From positions 1-34,274 of the forward strand of contig DATFWK010000097.1 in assembly GCA_035259345.1 (NCBI GenBank): a DNA stretch of 34,274 bases, given 5' to 3'. This DNA comes from Miltoncostaeaceae bacterium. Lineage in GTDB: Bacteria; Actinomycetota; Thermoleophilia; Miltoncostaeales; Miltoncostaeaceae. Position numbers and translations under genes: made by a program. Positions 1 to 6,814 of this stretch are shown piece by piece (the first letter of the stretch is position 1; every line of letters begins with the position of its first letter). The notes below the pieces were generated by a model that was given only the letters and a program-made list of their open reading frames with translations, searched no databases and was not told where the DNA came from.

Positions 1-199
1 CCTGGTCCCGGTCCTGCCCACCACCGAGATAGAAGATGTCCTGCCCGGACGCGGCGAGCGGCTCTCCGACGCCCACCTCGGTGACCTCGAGGCGCATGCC
101 CCGCCAGGCGAGGCGGCGGTCGAGCACCGCGATGTTCCCGCGGTCGGCGTAGATGTTGAGCTCCTGCGGGTAGAGGTGGCAGAGGCGGACGGTCGTCAC
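1..199 (-). CDS. gatD: Lipid II isoglutaminyl synthase glutaminase subunit GatD (CobQ-type glutamine amidotransferase); N-terminal part only, the gene runs off the left edge
   Basis: Reverse translation from GTG at 199 gives VTTVRLCHLYPQELNIYADRGNIAVLDRRLAWRGMRLEVTEVGVGEPLAASGQDIFYLGGGQDRDQ, the characteristic GatD N-terminus (HLYP..N.Y.DRGN ... GGGQD). Its GTG overlaps the TGA of the upstream methyltransferase (GTGA, 196-199). It is absent from the ORF track because the window edge truncates it. Confidence 0.8.
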   Translation of the reverse strand, partial: MTTVRLCHLYPQELNIYADRGNIAVLDRRLAWRGMRLEVTEVGVGEPLAASGQDIFYLGGGQDRDQ

Positions 200-990
200 G
201 CGCCCATCCTCCCGCACCGGTAGACCTGGCGCTCGGACTCGCCGGTCACGGGCCCCCCGCCGAAATCGCCGTAGCGGTCGAGGACGCGGAGGCCCGCGCG
301 CGCCAGCAGGTGGCCCAGCTCGGCCGGCATGAACAGGTGGACGCGGTGGTGGCGAAGCACACGGCGGACCGTCCCGGCATCGTCGCTCCGGTCCACCTGC
401 AGGGTGAACTCGAGCGTCTGCGTCACCGGGTCGAAGTCGTCGTACCAAGCCGCGTGCTGCAGCACCGCGCCGGACGCCCCGTCGTGGTGGACCTCGCCCA
501 GCCGGACGACGCCGATCGAGCCCTGGATCTCCGCCAAATCCGGGAAGGCGACGTCGAACCAGAGCTCCCCGTCGTCGCGCAGCGCCGCCCGCGCGGCGCG
601 CAGGCAGGCGAGCTGGTCGGCGGGGCCCACGAGCGCCTGCAGCGTGTTCATCGCCATGATCGCGAGCGGCACCGGAGGCTCCTGGGCGAAGTCCCGGAGA
701 TCTGCGACCACCGGGTGGACCCGCCCGGCCACGGCCGCCGGCTCGGCGGCGAGCGCGCGGTGGAGCTCGGCGACCATCGGCTCGGAGCCGTCGAGCGCGA
801 TCACCTCCGCACCGTCGCGGGCCAGCGCGATCGCGACCCGGCCCGTCGCCGCCCCGAGGTCGAGCACGGGCGATCCCAGCGACCGCGCGAGTTGCCGCCA
901 GAGCGCCAGGTCCTCCTCGTAGTGGGCGTGCTCGAGGGTGAAGGCGCGCGCGTACTCCTCGTCCACCCAGAGCCCGTCGAGCTCAGCCAT
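196..990 (-). CDS. Class I SAM-dependent methyltransferase (264 aa), substrate unknown
   Basis: SAM-binding motif I VLDLGAATGRVAIALARDGAEVIALDGSEPMV and a later LRDDGELWFDV strand typical of Methyltransf_11/25-type enzymes. The ATG (988-990) lies inside the 3' end of murT, and the TGA overlaps the gatD GTG. Confidence 0.8.
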   Translation of the reverse strand: MAELDGLWVDEEYARAFTLEHAHYEEDLALWRQLARSLGSPVLDLGAATGRVAIALARDGAEVIALDGSEPMVAELHRALAAEPAAVAGRVHPVVADLRDFAQEPPVPLAIMAMNTLQALVGPADQLACLRAARAALRDDGELWFDVAFPDLAEIQGSIGVVRLGEVHHDGASGAVLQHAAWYDDFDPVTQTLEFTLQVDRSDDAGTVRRVLRHHRVHLFMPAELGHLLARAGLRVLDRYGDFGGGPVTGESERQVYRCGRMGA

Positions 991-2362
991 CCCGCCAGAA
1001 GGCGTCCGCGGCCCCGCGCTCGACGATGATCCGCCTGAGCTCGAGCATGGCCGTGTAGGTGGGGAGGAGGTACAGCGGGCGGTCGCCGGGCGTCGCGGCG
1101 AGCGCGGCGTCGAGCGCGCGCTCCAGCGTCGGCGTCACCCGCATCAGGTTCGGGTCGAGGCCCCCGTAGCGGAAGCGCAGGGCCAGGTCGTAGGCGCGGT
1201 CGCCGGAGAGCGTCGCCCCGGCGAGGCGGGGGAAGAGGGGCTCGTAGTCGACGTCCCAGATCCACGAGACGTCCCGCCCGTCGGCGGCCCGGTCGTTCAG
1301 GGCGGCCAATACGTGGAGGGGGCCGTCGTCGAGCAGCAGGGTCCGGATCGTCTCGTTCGCGCCGGCGGGGTTCTTCACCAGCAGGAGCACCACCTCGCGC
1401 CCGGCCAGGCGCACCCGCTCGGCCCGGCCGAAGGCGGCCTGGCTGGAGCGAAGCGCGGGCGCGATGAAGGCCTGCGGCACGTCCATGGCGAGCGCACCGG
1501 CGACCGCGGCGGTCGCGTTGTAGGCGTTGTGGAGGCCGGGCAGGGGAAGCGCTGCGGCGATCTCGCCGCCCGGGGTCGTGATCGTGAGGTCGATGCCGCG
1601 CACGCCGTCGAGCGCGACGCGCGTCGCGGCGATCGCCGGCCGCGGGCGCGAGAGCCCGCACTCGGGGCAGCGCCAGTGGCCCATGTGGCCCAGGTAGACG
1701 ACGTCGTAGACGAGCGGCGCCGCGCAGCGCCGGCAGCGGCGCGAGTCGGCCGCGTGCGGCAGCTCCGCCAGCGCCGGCCCCGGATCCTCGATGCCGAAGT
1801 AGGTGGCCGGCTGCTCGAGCCCGAGCCCGAGCGCGGCCACGGCCGGGTCGTCGGCGTTCAGCACGACCCGGCAGCCCGGACCGGCGCCGGCCAGCATCTC
1901 GCGCCACCGGCTCGCGAGCTCCTCGAGCTCCCCGTACCGGTCGAGCTGGTCGCGGAAGAGGTTCATCAGCAGGATCGCGCGCGGGCGGACCTCGGCCGCC
2001 ACGGCCGGGAGGGCCGCCTCGTCCACCTCGAAGACCCCGACGTCCCCGCCGGCGCCGTCGCGGCCGTCCTCGAGCAGCGCGGTGGCCACGCCGGAGAGGA
2101 GGTTGGCGCCGCTCTGGTTGGCCACCACGCGCCAGCCGGCGGCCCGCGCGCACCCGGAGACCAGGCGCGCCGTGGTGGTCTTGCCGTTGGTGGCCGAGAT
2201 CGCGAGCGCGCCGTGGCCGAGGCCGGCCGCCAGCTCGCCGAGGGCCTCGGGCCGCATGCGCAGGAGGAGCTTGCCCGGCAGGCTGGTGCCCCCGCCACGT
2301 CCGAGCCGGCGCGAGAGCGAGCCCGCCGCGCGGGCGATGAGCACTGGCGCGGACGCCGTCAC
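983..2362 (-). CDS. murT: Lipid II isoglutaminyl synthase ligase subunit MurT (Mur-ligase family with DUF1727-type C-terminus)
   Basis: Mur-ligase P-loop ISATNGKTTTARLV and the MurT-specific Cys4 ribbon CRRCAAPLVYD..HWRCPECG. The ORF track starts at 2518, which would overlap the divergent MBL gene. GTG at 2362 (VTASAPVLIARAAGSLSRRLGRGGG) fits known MurT N-termini. GTG at 2344 is an alternative. Confidence 0.85.
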   Translation of the reverse strand: MTASAPVLIARAAGSLSRRLGRGGGTSLPGKLLLRMRPEALGELAAGLGHGALAISATNGKTTTARLVSGCARAAGWRVVANQSGANLLSGVATALLEDGRDGAGGDVGVFEVDEAALPAVAAEVRPRAILLMNLFRDQLDRYGELEELASRWREMLAGAGPGCRVVLNADDPAVAALGLGLEQPATYFGIEDPGPALAELPHAADSRRCRRCAAPLVYDVVYLGHMGHWRCPECGLSRPRPAIAATRVALDGVRGIDLTITTPGGEIAAALPLPGLHNAYNATAAVAGALAMDVPQAFIAPALRSSQAAFGRAERVRLAGREVVLLLVKNPAGANETIRTLLLDDGPLHVLAALNDRAADGRDVSWIWDVDYEPLFPRLAGATLSGDRAYDLALRFRYGGLDPNLMRVTPTLERALDAALAATPGDRPLYLLPTYTAMLELRRIIVERGAADAFWRDG

Positions 2363-2456
2363 GGCTGGGATCGTAGCCGCCGCCCCCTCCGCAGCCCCGG
2401 CCGGACGCAGGACACGCCAGCTCCGGCTCGCGCCGCCGATCCGTAGCCTGTGGGCC

Positions 2457-3353
2457 GTGGAGGTGGCGCCGGGGATCGCGCTGGTGGACACGCTGCTCGG
2501 CGGGCAGGAGGGCGTCACGGCCGCCTATCTGGTCGCCGGGCCCAGCCCGGCGCTGGTCGAGACCGGCGCCCAGACCTCGGCGCCGGCCGTGCGCGCGGCC
2601 CTCGAGCGGGCCGGCCTCGCGCCCGCCGACCTGGCCTGGCTCGTGCTCACCCACATCCACCTCGACCACTGCGGGGCGGTCGGCGCCCTGGCCGAGGCGT
2701 TCCCGAACGCGACCGTGGTCGTGCACCGGCGCGGCGCCCGCCACCTGGCGGCCCCTGAGCGGCTCGTGGTCGCCTCCCACGCCGTGTACGGCGAGACCTC
2801 CTGGCTGTACGGCGGCCTCGACCCGGTGCCCGAGGAGCGCATCGTCCCGGCCGAGGACGGGCACCGCGTCCCGATCAGCCCTGGGCGCCACCTCGTGATG
2901 CTCGAGGCGACCGGGCACGCGCCCCACCACATGGCCGTCCTCGACGAGGCGACCGGCGCCGTGATGGCCGGCGACGCCCTCGGCGTGCGGTTCCCCGGTG
3001 CGGGTCTCTATCCGGCCGTGCCGCCGCCCGCCTTCGACCTCGAGGCGTCCCTCGGGACCCTGGCGCGCCTGCGCGAGCTCGAGCCGCCGGAGCTCATGCT
3101 CGGCCACTTCGGCCCGGTGCCGGAGCCACAGGAGGCGATCGACCTCGCCGAGCGGCAGCTCGTGGTCGCATCGGACGCCGCGCTGCGGGCGTGGCGAGCC
3201 GAGGGCACCGTCGACGCGGTCCATGCCGCGGTGCTCGAGGCCCTTCCGCTCGAGGAGTCGGTGGGGGCGGGCATCGACCGCTGGCGCTGGCTCGAGTGGG
3301 AGCCCAACAACGCCGCCGGCCTCGCCGGATGGGCGGAGGGACGCTCGTCCTGA
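2457..3353 (+). CDS. MBL-fold metallo-hydrolase
   Basis: The HxHxDH motif (LTHIHLDHCGAVG) is followed by conserved His/Asp positions (ATGHAPHH, GDALG). The 516-aa track ORF (from 1803) is an upstream extension antisense to murT. GTG 2457 (or 2463), just before VEVAPGIALVDTLLGG, is the plausible start. Confidence 0.8.
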   Translation: MEVAPGIALVDTLLGGQEGVTAAYLVAGPSPALVETGAQTSAPAVRAALERAGLAPADLAWLVLTHIHLDHCGAVGALAEAFPNATVVVHRRGARHLAAPERLVVASHAVYGETSWLYGGLDPVPEERIVPAEDGHRVPISPGRHLVMLEATGHAPHHMAVLDEATGAVMAGDALGVRFPGAGLYPAVPPPAFDLEASLGTLARLRELEPPELMLGHFGPVPEPQEAIDLAERQLVVASDAALRAWRAEGTVDAVHAAVLEALPLEESVGAGIDRWRWLEWEPNNAAGLAGWAEGRSS

Positions 3354-3363
3354 GCCTGCTGTC

Positions 3364-3390
3364 GGCGGACGCTCCGCCCGCGGGCGTTTG
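3364..3390 (+). terminator. Possible intrinsic terminator after the MBL hydrolase gene
   Basis: GGCGGA-cgc-TCCGCC hairpin (3364-3378) overlaps the palindrome CGCCCGCGGGCG (3375-3386), followed by TTTG. It lies 11 nt after the stop codon. The stem is short and the T-tract weak. Confidence 0.3.
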
Positions 3391-3425
3391 GTAGCCTGAC
3401 CGCGCTCGCGACCCCAGGAGAAGCG

Positions 3426-3698
3426 ATGGCGCAGGGCAGCCACGAGGAGGAGCGCAACCTGCCGCAGGTGTGGCCGTTCACCTTGGCCGGCCTCCTCCTG
3501 ATGATCGCGCTCGCCTGGTTCTGCCTCGGCTTCGCCATCCTCGACCGCAAGCCGATCGACTCGAACGCCAAGGTCGAGGGCCCCACGAAGCTGGTTCACC
3601 ACTACACGGTGTTCTGGGGCCTGATCGCGGCGACGGTGGCGCTCATCCTCTTCGGCATCGTGCTCAACATGATCCGCAGGCGGCGCCTCGAGTACTGA
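3426..3698 (+). CDS. Small integral membrane protein (90 aa, two predicted TM helices), function unknown
   Basis: AGGAG sits 6 nt upstream of the ATG. Hydrophobic segments are FTLAGLLLMIALAWFCLGFAIL and VFWGLIAATVALILFGIVLNMI, followed by a basic tail RRRRLEY. Confidence 0.65.
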   Translation: MAQGSHEEERNLPQVWPFTLAGLLLMIALAWFCLGFAILDRKPIDSNAKVEGPTKLVHHYTVFWGLIAATVALILFGIVLNMIRRRRLEY

Positions 3699-3792
3699 CC
3701 CCGCGCCCGCGCCGAGCGCCGGGCCGCGCTGGCGCAAGGGGCGGCTCCTCGTCGCTGCGCCCAGCCTCCAGGACCCGAACTTCCGCCGCACC

Positions 3793-4272
3793 GTGGTGCT
3801 CGTCGTCGAGCACAGCGAGGAGGGCGCGCTCGGCATCGTCCTGAACCGCCCGAGCGAGGTCGCCGCGCGCGACGCGCTGCCCGACCCGCTCGGCGCCGCC
3901 CTCGCCGAGGACGAGCTCCTGCACCACGGCGGGCCGGTCGAGCCCGGGAGCGTGATCGTGCTTGCCGACTTCGCCGACGGGGAGCTGTCGGCCGGGCTGG
4001 CGTTCGACCACGTCGGGGTGGTCGACCCGGATGGAGACCTCGACGCGCTGGCCGAGGCCGTCCGCGCTGTGCGCGCCTTCAGCGGCTACGCCGGCTGGGC
4101 GGCGGGGCAGCTCGAGGCCGAGATCGCCCAGGACGCGTGGATCGACGCCCCGGCCGGCGCGGCCGACGTGTTCACGGCGGAGCCGGACGCGCTCTGGAGC
4201 TCCGTCCTCGAGCGCAAGGGCGGGTCCTACCGGCTCGTCGCGCGCATGCCGGAGGATCCCGCCCTGAACTGA
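3793..4272 (+). CDS. YqgE/AlgH family protein (UPF0301/DUF179)
   Basis: VVLVVEHSEEGALGIVLNRPS and the following GGPV...WGAGQLE-like region (GYAGWAAGQLEAEI) are typical of YqgE/AlgH. GTG 3793 is the first canonical start. Family-like residues (GRLLVAAPSLQDPNFRRT) are encoded in frame upstream from about 3739, so the true N-terminus is uncertain (see findings). Confidence 0.8.
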   Translation: MVLVVEHSEEGALGIVLNRPSEVAARDALPDPLGAALAEDELLHHGGPVEPGSVIVLADFADGELSAGLAFDHVGVVDPDGDLDALAEAVRAVRAFSGYAGWAAGQLEAEIAQDAWIDAPAGAADVFTAEPDALWSSVLERKGGSYRLVARMPEDPALN

Positions 4273-4273
4273 T

Positions 4274-4291
4274 CCGGCCGCAGGCGGCCGG
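4274..4291. terminator. GC hairpin between convergent yqgE and sigma-factor genes (candidate bidirectional terminator)
   Basis: CCGGCCGC-ag-GCGGCCGG is a perfect 8-nt inverted repeat lying exactly in the 28-nt gap between the two stop codons (4270-4272 and 4301-4303). There is no U-tract. Confidence 0.4.
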
Positions 4292-4300
4292 GGGAAGCGC

Positions 4301-5179
4301 CTAGGCCAGGCGGCCGGACTCCGCCATGCTCGCCAGCTTCTGCAGCGACTGGTGCTCGACCTGACGGATCCGCTCGCGCGTGACGTTGAACATCCGCCCG
4401 AGCTCGTCGAGGGTGCGCGGCTTCTCGCCGCCCAGGCCGTAGCGCAGCTCGAGGACCCGCCGCTCGCGGTACGTGAGCTGGTTGAGCAGCTCGCCGAGGG
4501 CCTCGTGTCGGAGCGCCGCCTCGGCGGCGACCTCGGGGGCGACGGTGTTCTCGTCCGCGAGGAAGCGCACGAACTCGGCCTCCTCGTCCTCGCCGACGGG
4601 CTTCTCGAGCGACACGATCGGCTGGGCGCTGCGGAGGATGTCCTCGACCTCCTCGGGCGGCAGGCCGGTGGCGTTGCCGAGCTCCTCGACGGTCGGCTCA
4701 CGGCCGAGCTGGCCGATGAGCACGCGCTCGGCGCGGCTGATCTGGTTGAGCTTCTCCACGACGTGGACCGGGATGCGGATGGTGCGCCCCTTGTCCGCGA
4801 GGGCGCGGGTCACGGCCTGGCGGATCCACCAGGTCGCGTAGGTCGAGAACTTGAAGCCGCGCCGCCAGTCGAACTTCTCGACGGCACGGACCAGGCCCAG
4901 CGTTCCCTCCTGGATCAGGTCGAGGAAGGGGAGGCCGCGGCCGCGGTACGCCTTGGCGATCGAGACGACGAGGCGGAGGTTGGCCTCCACCATCTGCCGC
5001 TTCGCCTCGGGGTCGCCGGCCTCGATCCGCTTGGCCAGGCTCACCTCCTGCGCCGCCGTGAGCAGGGGGACCCGCCCGATGTCCTTCAGGAACAGCTGGA
5101 GCGCGTCGGTGGTCTGCTCGACGACCGCCGCCGTGCGGCGGGTGCGCTCCGACTCCTCGGCGAGCTCCGCGGCCCGCAC
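4301..5179 (-). CDS. rpoD: RNA polymerase sigma-70 factor, RpoD/SigA (primary-like) family
   Basis: Regions 1.2-4.2 are all recognisable: [94 protein letters not shown] 5179 is the first canonical start, but a region-1.1-like sequence continues in frame up to 5416 (see findings). The real 5' end probably lies between 5359 and 5407. Confidence 0.9.
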   Translation of the reverse strand: MRAAELAEESERTRRTAAVVEQTTDALQLFLKDIGRVPLLTAAQEVSLAKRIEAGDPEAKRQMVEANLRLVVSIAKAYRGRGLPFLDLIQEGTLGLVRAVEKFDWRRGFKFSTYATWWIRQAVTRALADKGRTIRIPVHVVEKLNQISRAERVLIGQLGREPTVEELGNATGLPPEEVEDILRSAQPIVSLEKPVGEDEEAEFVRFLADENTVAPEVAAEAALRHEALGELLNQLTYRERRVLELRYGLGGEKPRTLDELGRMFNVTRERIRQVEHQSLQKLASMAESGRLA

Positions 5180-5419
5180 GCGGGCCTCGGCGACGTCGAG
5201 GATGTCGACGCCGAGCTCGTCGAGGTGGTGGTACAGCTCCGCCTGGGCGCCGGCGTCCAGGTTCAGCGTGTCGCAAACCTCGCCGATGTCCTCGACGCTC
5301 AGGAAGCCCAGCTCCTGGCCACGTCCGATCAGCGCGCGAAGCTCGCCCTCGTAGATCAGCTCTGTGAGTCCCGTCGCTCCCGCCCCTTTGCTCGTTTTCT
5401 CCCCGATCCGCCACCGTCA

Positions 5420-5666
5420 GGGGCCGAGTGCGAGCACGTCGCCCCTCGATCCCCGCGCGGTTGCACCGCGTCGCCCACCGGTCGACGCGGTGACCGAACC
5501 GGTCGCCCCCGCGCGTAGAGCCGGCTTGCACGAACGAACGGGGACGATCTTAGCCGAGGCTGCCCTGGGACGCGAGGGTCCATTCTTTGCAGGGCATTTT
5601 CCGGAAGCGCGGGCCCCGTCCGGGCGCGGCGCGCGGCCGCGCCGGGACACGGGGAAGGTCCGGCGC
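5420..5666 (-). promoter_or_regulatory. Long structured intergenic region: sseA terminator plus promoter/leader of the sigma-factor gene
   Basis: This 247-bp stretch is the only sizeable non-coding gap in the window. It holds four hairpins: 5464-5492 (10-bp perfect stem CACCGCGTCG/CGACGCGGTG), 5493-5505 (GACCG/CGGTC), 5561-5596 (TGCCCTG/CAGGGCA enclosing GGAC/GTCC) and 5614-5654 (GC-rich, 13 nt past the sseA stop). Relatively AT-rich patches (minus strand GGAAAATGCCCTGCAAAGAATGG and GGCTAAGATCG) could hold -35/-10 elements. Confidence 0.35.
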
Positions 5667-6542
5667 TCAGGCGGTCCCGTAGGCGATCGGCCGGGCCGGG
5701 TCTGCGCTCCACTCGTTGAAGGAGCCGTCGTAGACGCCGCGCGCGTGGACGCCGGCGGCCTCCATCGCGAGGAGCGCGAGGCAGGCCGACACGCCGCTGC
5801 CGCAGGTGGTGACGACCTCCGCCGGCGGCCGCTCGGGGTCGATGCCGGCGGCGCGGAGCAGCCTCCGCACGGCGGCGTCGGCGGCGACGAGGCCGGTCGC
5901 GCCGTCCACCAGCTCCTGGTACGGGAGGGACCGCGCGCCTGGGATGTGGCCGGTCCCTGCGACGCCCGGCTCGCCGATGAAGAGGTGGCGCGGACGCGCG
6001 TCGACGACGGTCGCGCCGCCGGCGCGCGCGGCCTCCAGGTCCTCCAGCGTGAGCCGGAGGCCGGGCCGCAGATGCGGGGTGAAGCGGGCGCGCGGGTGAC
6101 GGGCCGGCTCACCGGTCGTCGGGCGGCCCTCCTCGACCCAGGTCTGCCATCCGCCGTCCAGCACGCGCGCCTCTGCGCCGTGGAGCCGGAACGCCCAGGC
6201 GACGCGGGCGGCGAAGATGCCGTAGTAGTCGTCCAGGGCGACGACGGGCATGCCGTCGCCGATGCCGAGCTCGCCGGCCCGGGCCGCGAACGCGTCGGCC
6301 GGCGCGACCTGGTACGGAATGGGGCTCGCCGGGTCGACGAAGTCGTGCTCCCAGTCGACGTGGATCGACCCGGGGATGTGGGACGCCTCGAACTCGGCGC
6401 GCTTGGCGTGCGGCAGCGGGGAGCTGGGGTGGCGCCCGCGCACGTCGAGCACGCGGATGTCGCGGTCGAGGTTGCCGGCCAGCCATTCGGCGCTGACGAA
6501 GGGGCCGGGCGGGATCTCGAACCCTGGCGGGGTGGTGCTCAT
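5667..6542 (-). CDS. sseA: Two-domain rhodanese sulfurtransferase (3-mercaptopyruvate/thiosulfate sulfurtransferase, SseA-like)
   Basis: Tandem rhodanese domains (VSAEWLAGNL...VLDVR; EDLEAARAGGATVVDARP). The active-site loop TTCGSGVSAC is of the CGSGV(T/S)A type seen in 3-MST enzymes. AAAGGA lies upstream of the ATG. Confidence 0.85.
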   Translation of the reverse strand: MSTTPPGFEIPPGPFVSAEWLAGNLDRDIRVLDVRGRHPSSPLPHAKRAEFEASHIPGSIHVDWEHDFVDPASPIPYQVAPADAFAARAGELGIGDGMPVVALDDYYGIFAARVAWAFRLHGAEARVLDGGWQTWVEEGRPTTGEPARHPRARFTPHLRPGLRLTLEDLEAARAGGATVVDARPRHLFIGEPGVAGTGHIPGARSLPYQELVDGATGLVAADAAVRRLLRAAGIDPERPPAEVVTTCGSGVSACLALLAMEAAGVHARGVYDGSFNEWSADPARPIAYGTA

Positions 6543-6576
6543 GACACGTCCTTTCCGGCGCGCCGCCGGCCGGCGG

Positions 6577-6735
6577 CTACGCCTCCTCGGCCATGGCCGC
6601 GAGGTCGTCCCGGCTCACGCGGCCGACCAGCTCCGGGTGGTCGGCCTGCATGTGGGCCTGGATCGCGTCGACCGTCTCGTCGACCGTCTCGCCGCGTCCC
6701 AGGTATCCGCACAGGCACTTGATGACCTTGGCCAT
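6577..6735 (-). CDS. Small DUF1059-like protein (52 aa)
   Basis: MAKVIKCLCGYLGRGETVDETVDAIQAHMQADHPELVGRVSRDDLAAMAEEA. The ATG at 6735 has a GAGGG-type SD. The Cys pair, G.T.EE..... H....H pattern and size resemble DUF1059. The 169-aa track ORF is an unsupported upstream extension. The gene sits 34 nt upstream of sseA on the same strand. Confidence 0.55.
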   Translation of the reverse strand: MAKVIKCLCGYLGRGETVDETVDAIQAHMQADHPELVGRVSRDDLAAMAEEA

Positions 6736-6775
6736 GAGCCCTCGCTTTCTCGTGTCGTACTCTGAGCGGGCCCCG

Positions 6776-6814
6776 TTGGGCTGACCTGCGATTGTCCTTG
6801 GGCGGACCTTGGCG
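6776..6814 (+). repeat. Three phased TTGG(G)C direct repeats in the DUF1059/SARP divergent promoter region
   Basis: TTGGGC at 6776 and 6798, and TTGGCG at 6809, give spacings of 22 and 11 bp (helical phasing). The last copy overlaps the TTG start of the SARP gene. Such short motifs can arise by chance in GC-rich DNA. Confidence 0.2.

Noticed and set aside
1803-2456. N-terminal 218-aa extension of the MBL hydrolase ORF. The same issue applies to the extensions at 15141-15422 on the ALDH, 12369-12572 on mgsA, 6736-7086 on DUF1059 and 2363-2518 on murT
   Set aside because: The extensions overlap well-supported genes on the other strand or frame and add no family-like sequence. The protein families begin at the internal starts I chose.
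3660-3700. Possible programmed +1 frameshift fusing the 90-aa membrane protein (stop TGA 3696-3698) to the YqgE frame, which is open from 3673
   Set aside because: The geometry allows it (the YqgE frame is +1 and open across the stop), but there is no recognisable slippery or RF2-like site. UAC UGA C does not permit re-pairing, and there is no SD-like stimulator at the right spacing. A membrane-anchored YqgE has no precedent that I know. A start-codon or sequence-quality explanation is more economical.
801-3836. 1011-aa ORF on the minus strand, plus other very long ORFs such as 13120-15321 (733 aa), 16885-18963 (692 aa), 25900-28290 (796 aa), 19399-21120 (573 aa) and 29260-31476 read as a single 738-aa protein
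   Set aside because: They run antisense to, or out of frame with, genes that have clear family signatures. Their translations are Arg/Pro/Gly/Ala-rich low-complexity strings with no motifs, as expected for stop-codon-poor shadow frames in DNA above 70% GC. The 738-aa ORF is ispG plus an out-of-context upstream extension through rseP.
5561-5600. Plus-strand hairpin followed by TTTT, read as an intrinsic terminator of a small plus-strand RNA
   Set aside because: It is not rejected outright and is kept inside the leader finding. It is not called as a feature because no plus-strand promoter or gene precedes it, and the T-run is equally an A-run that could belong to the minus-strand sigma promoter.
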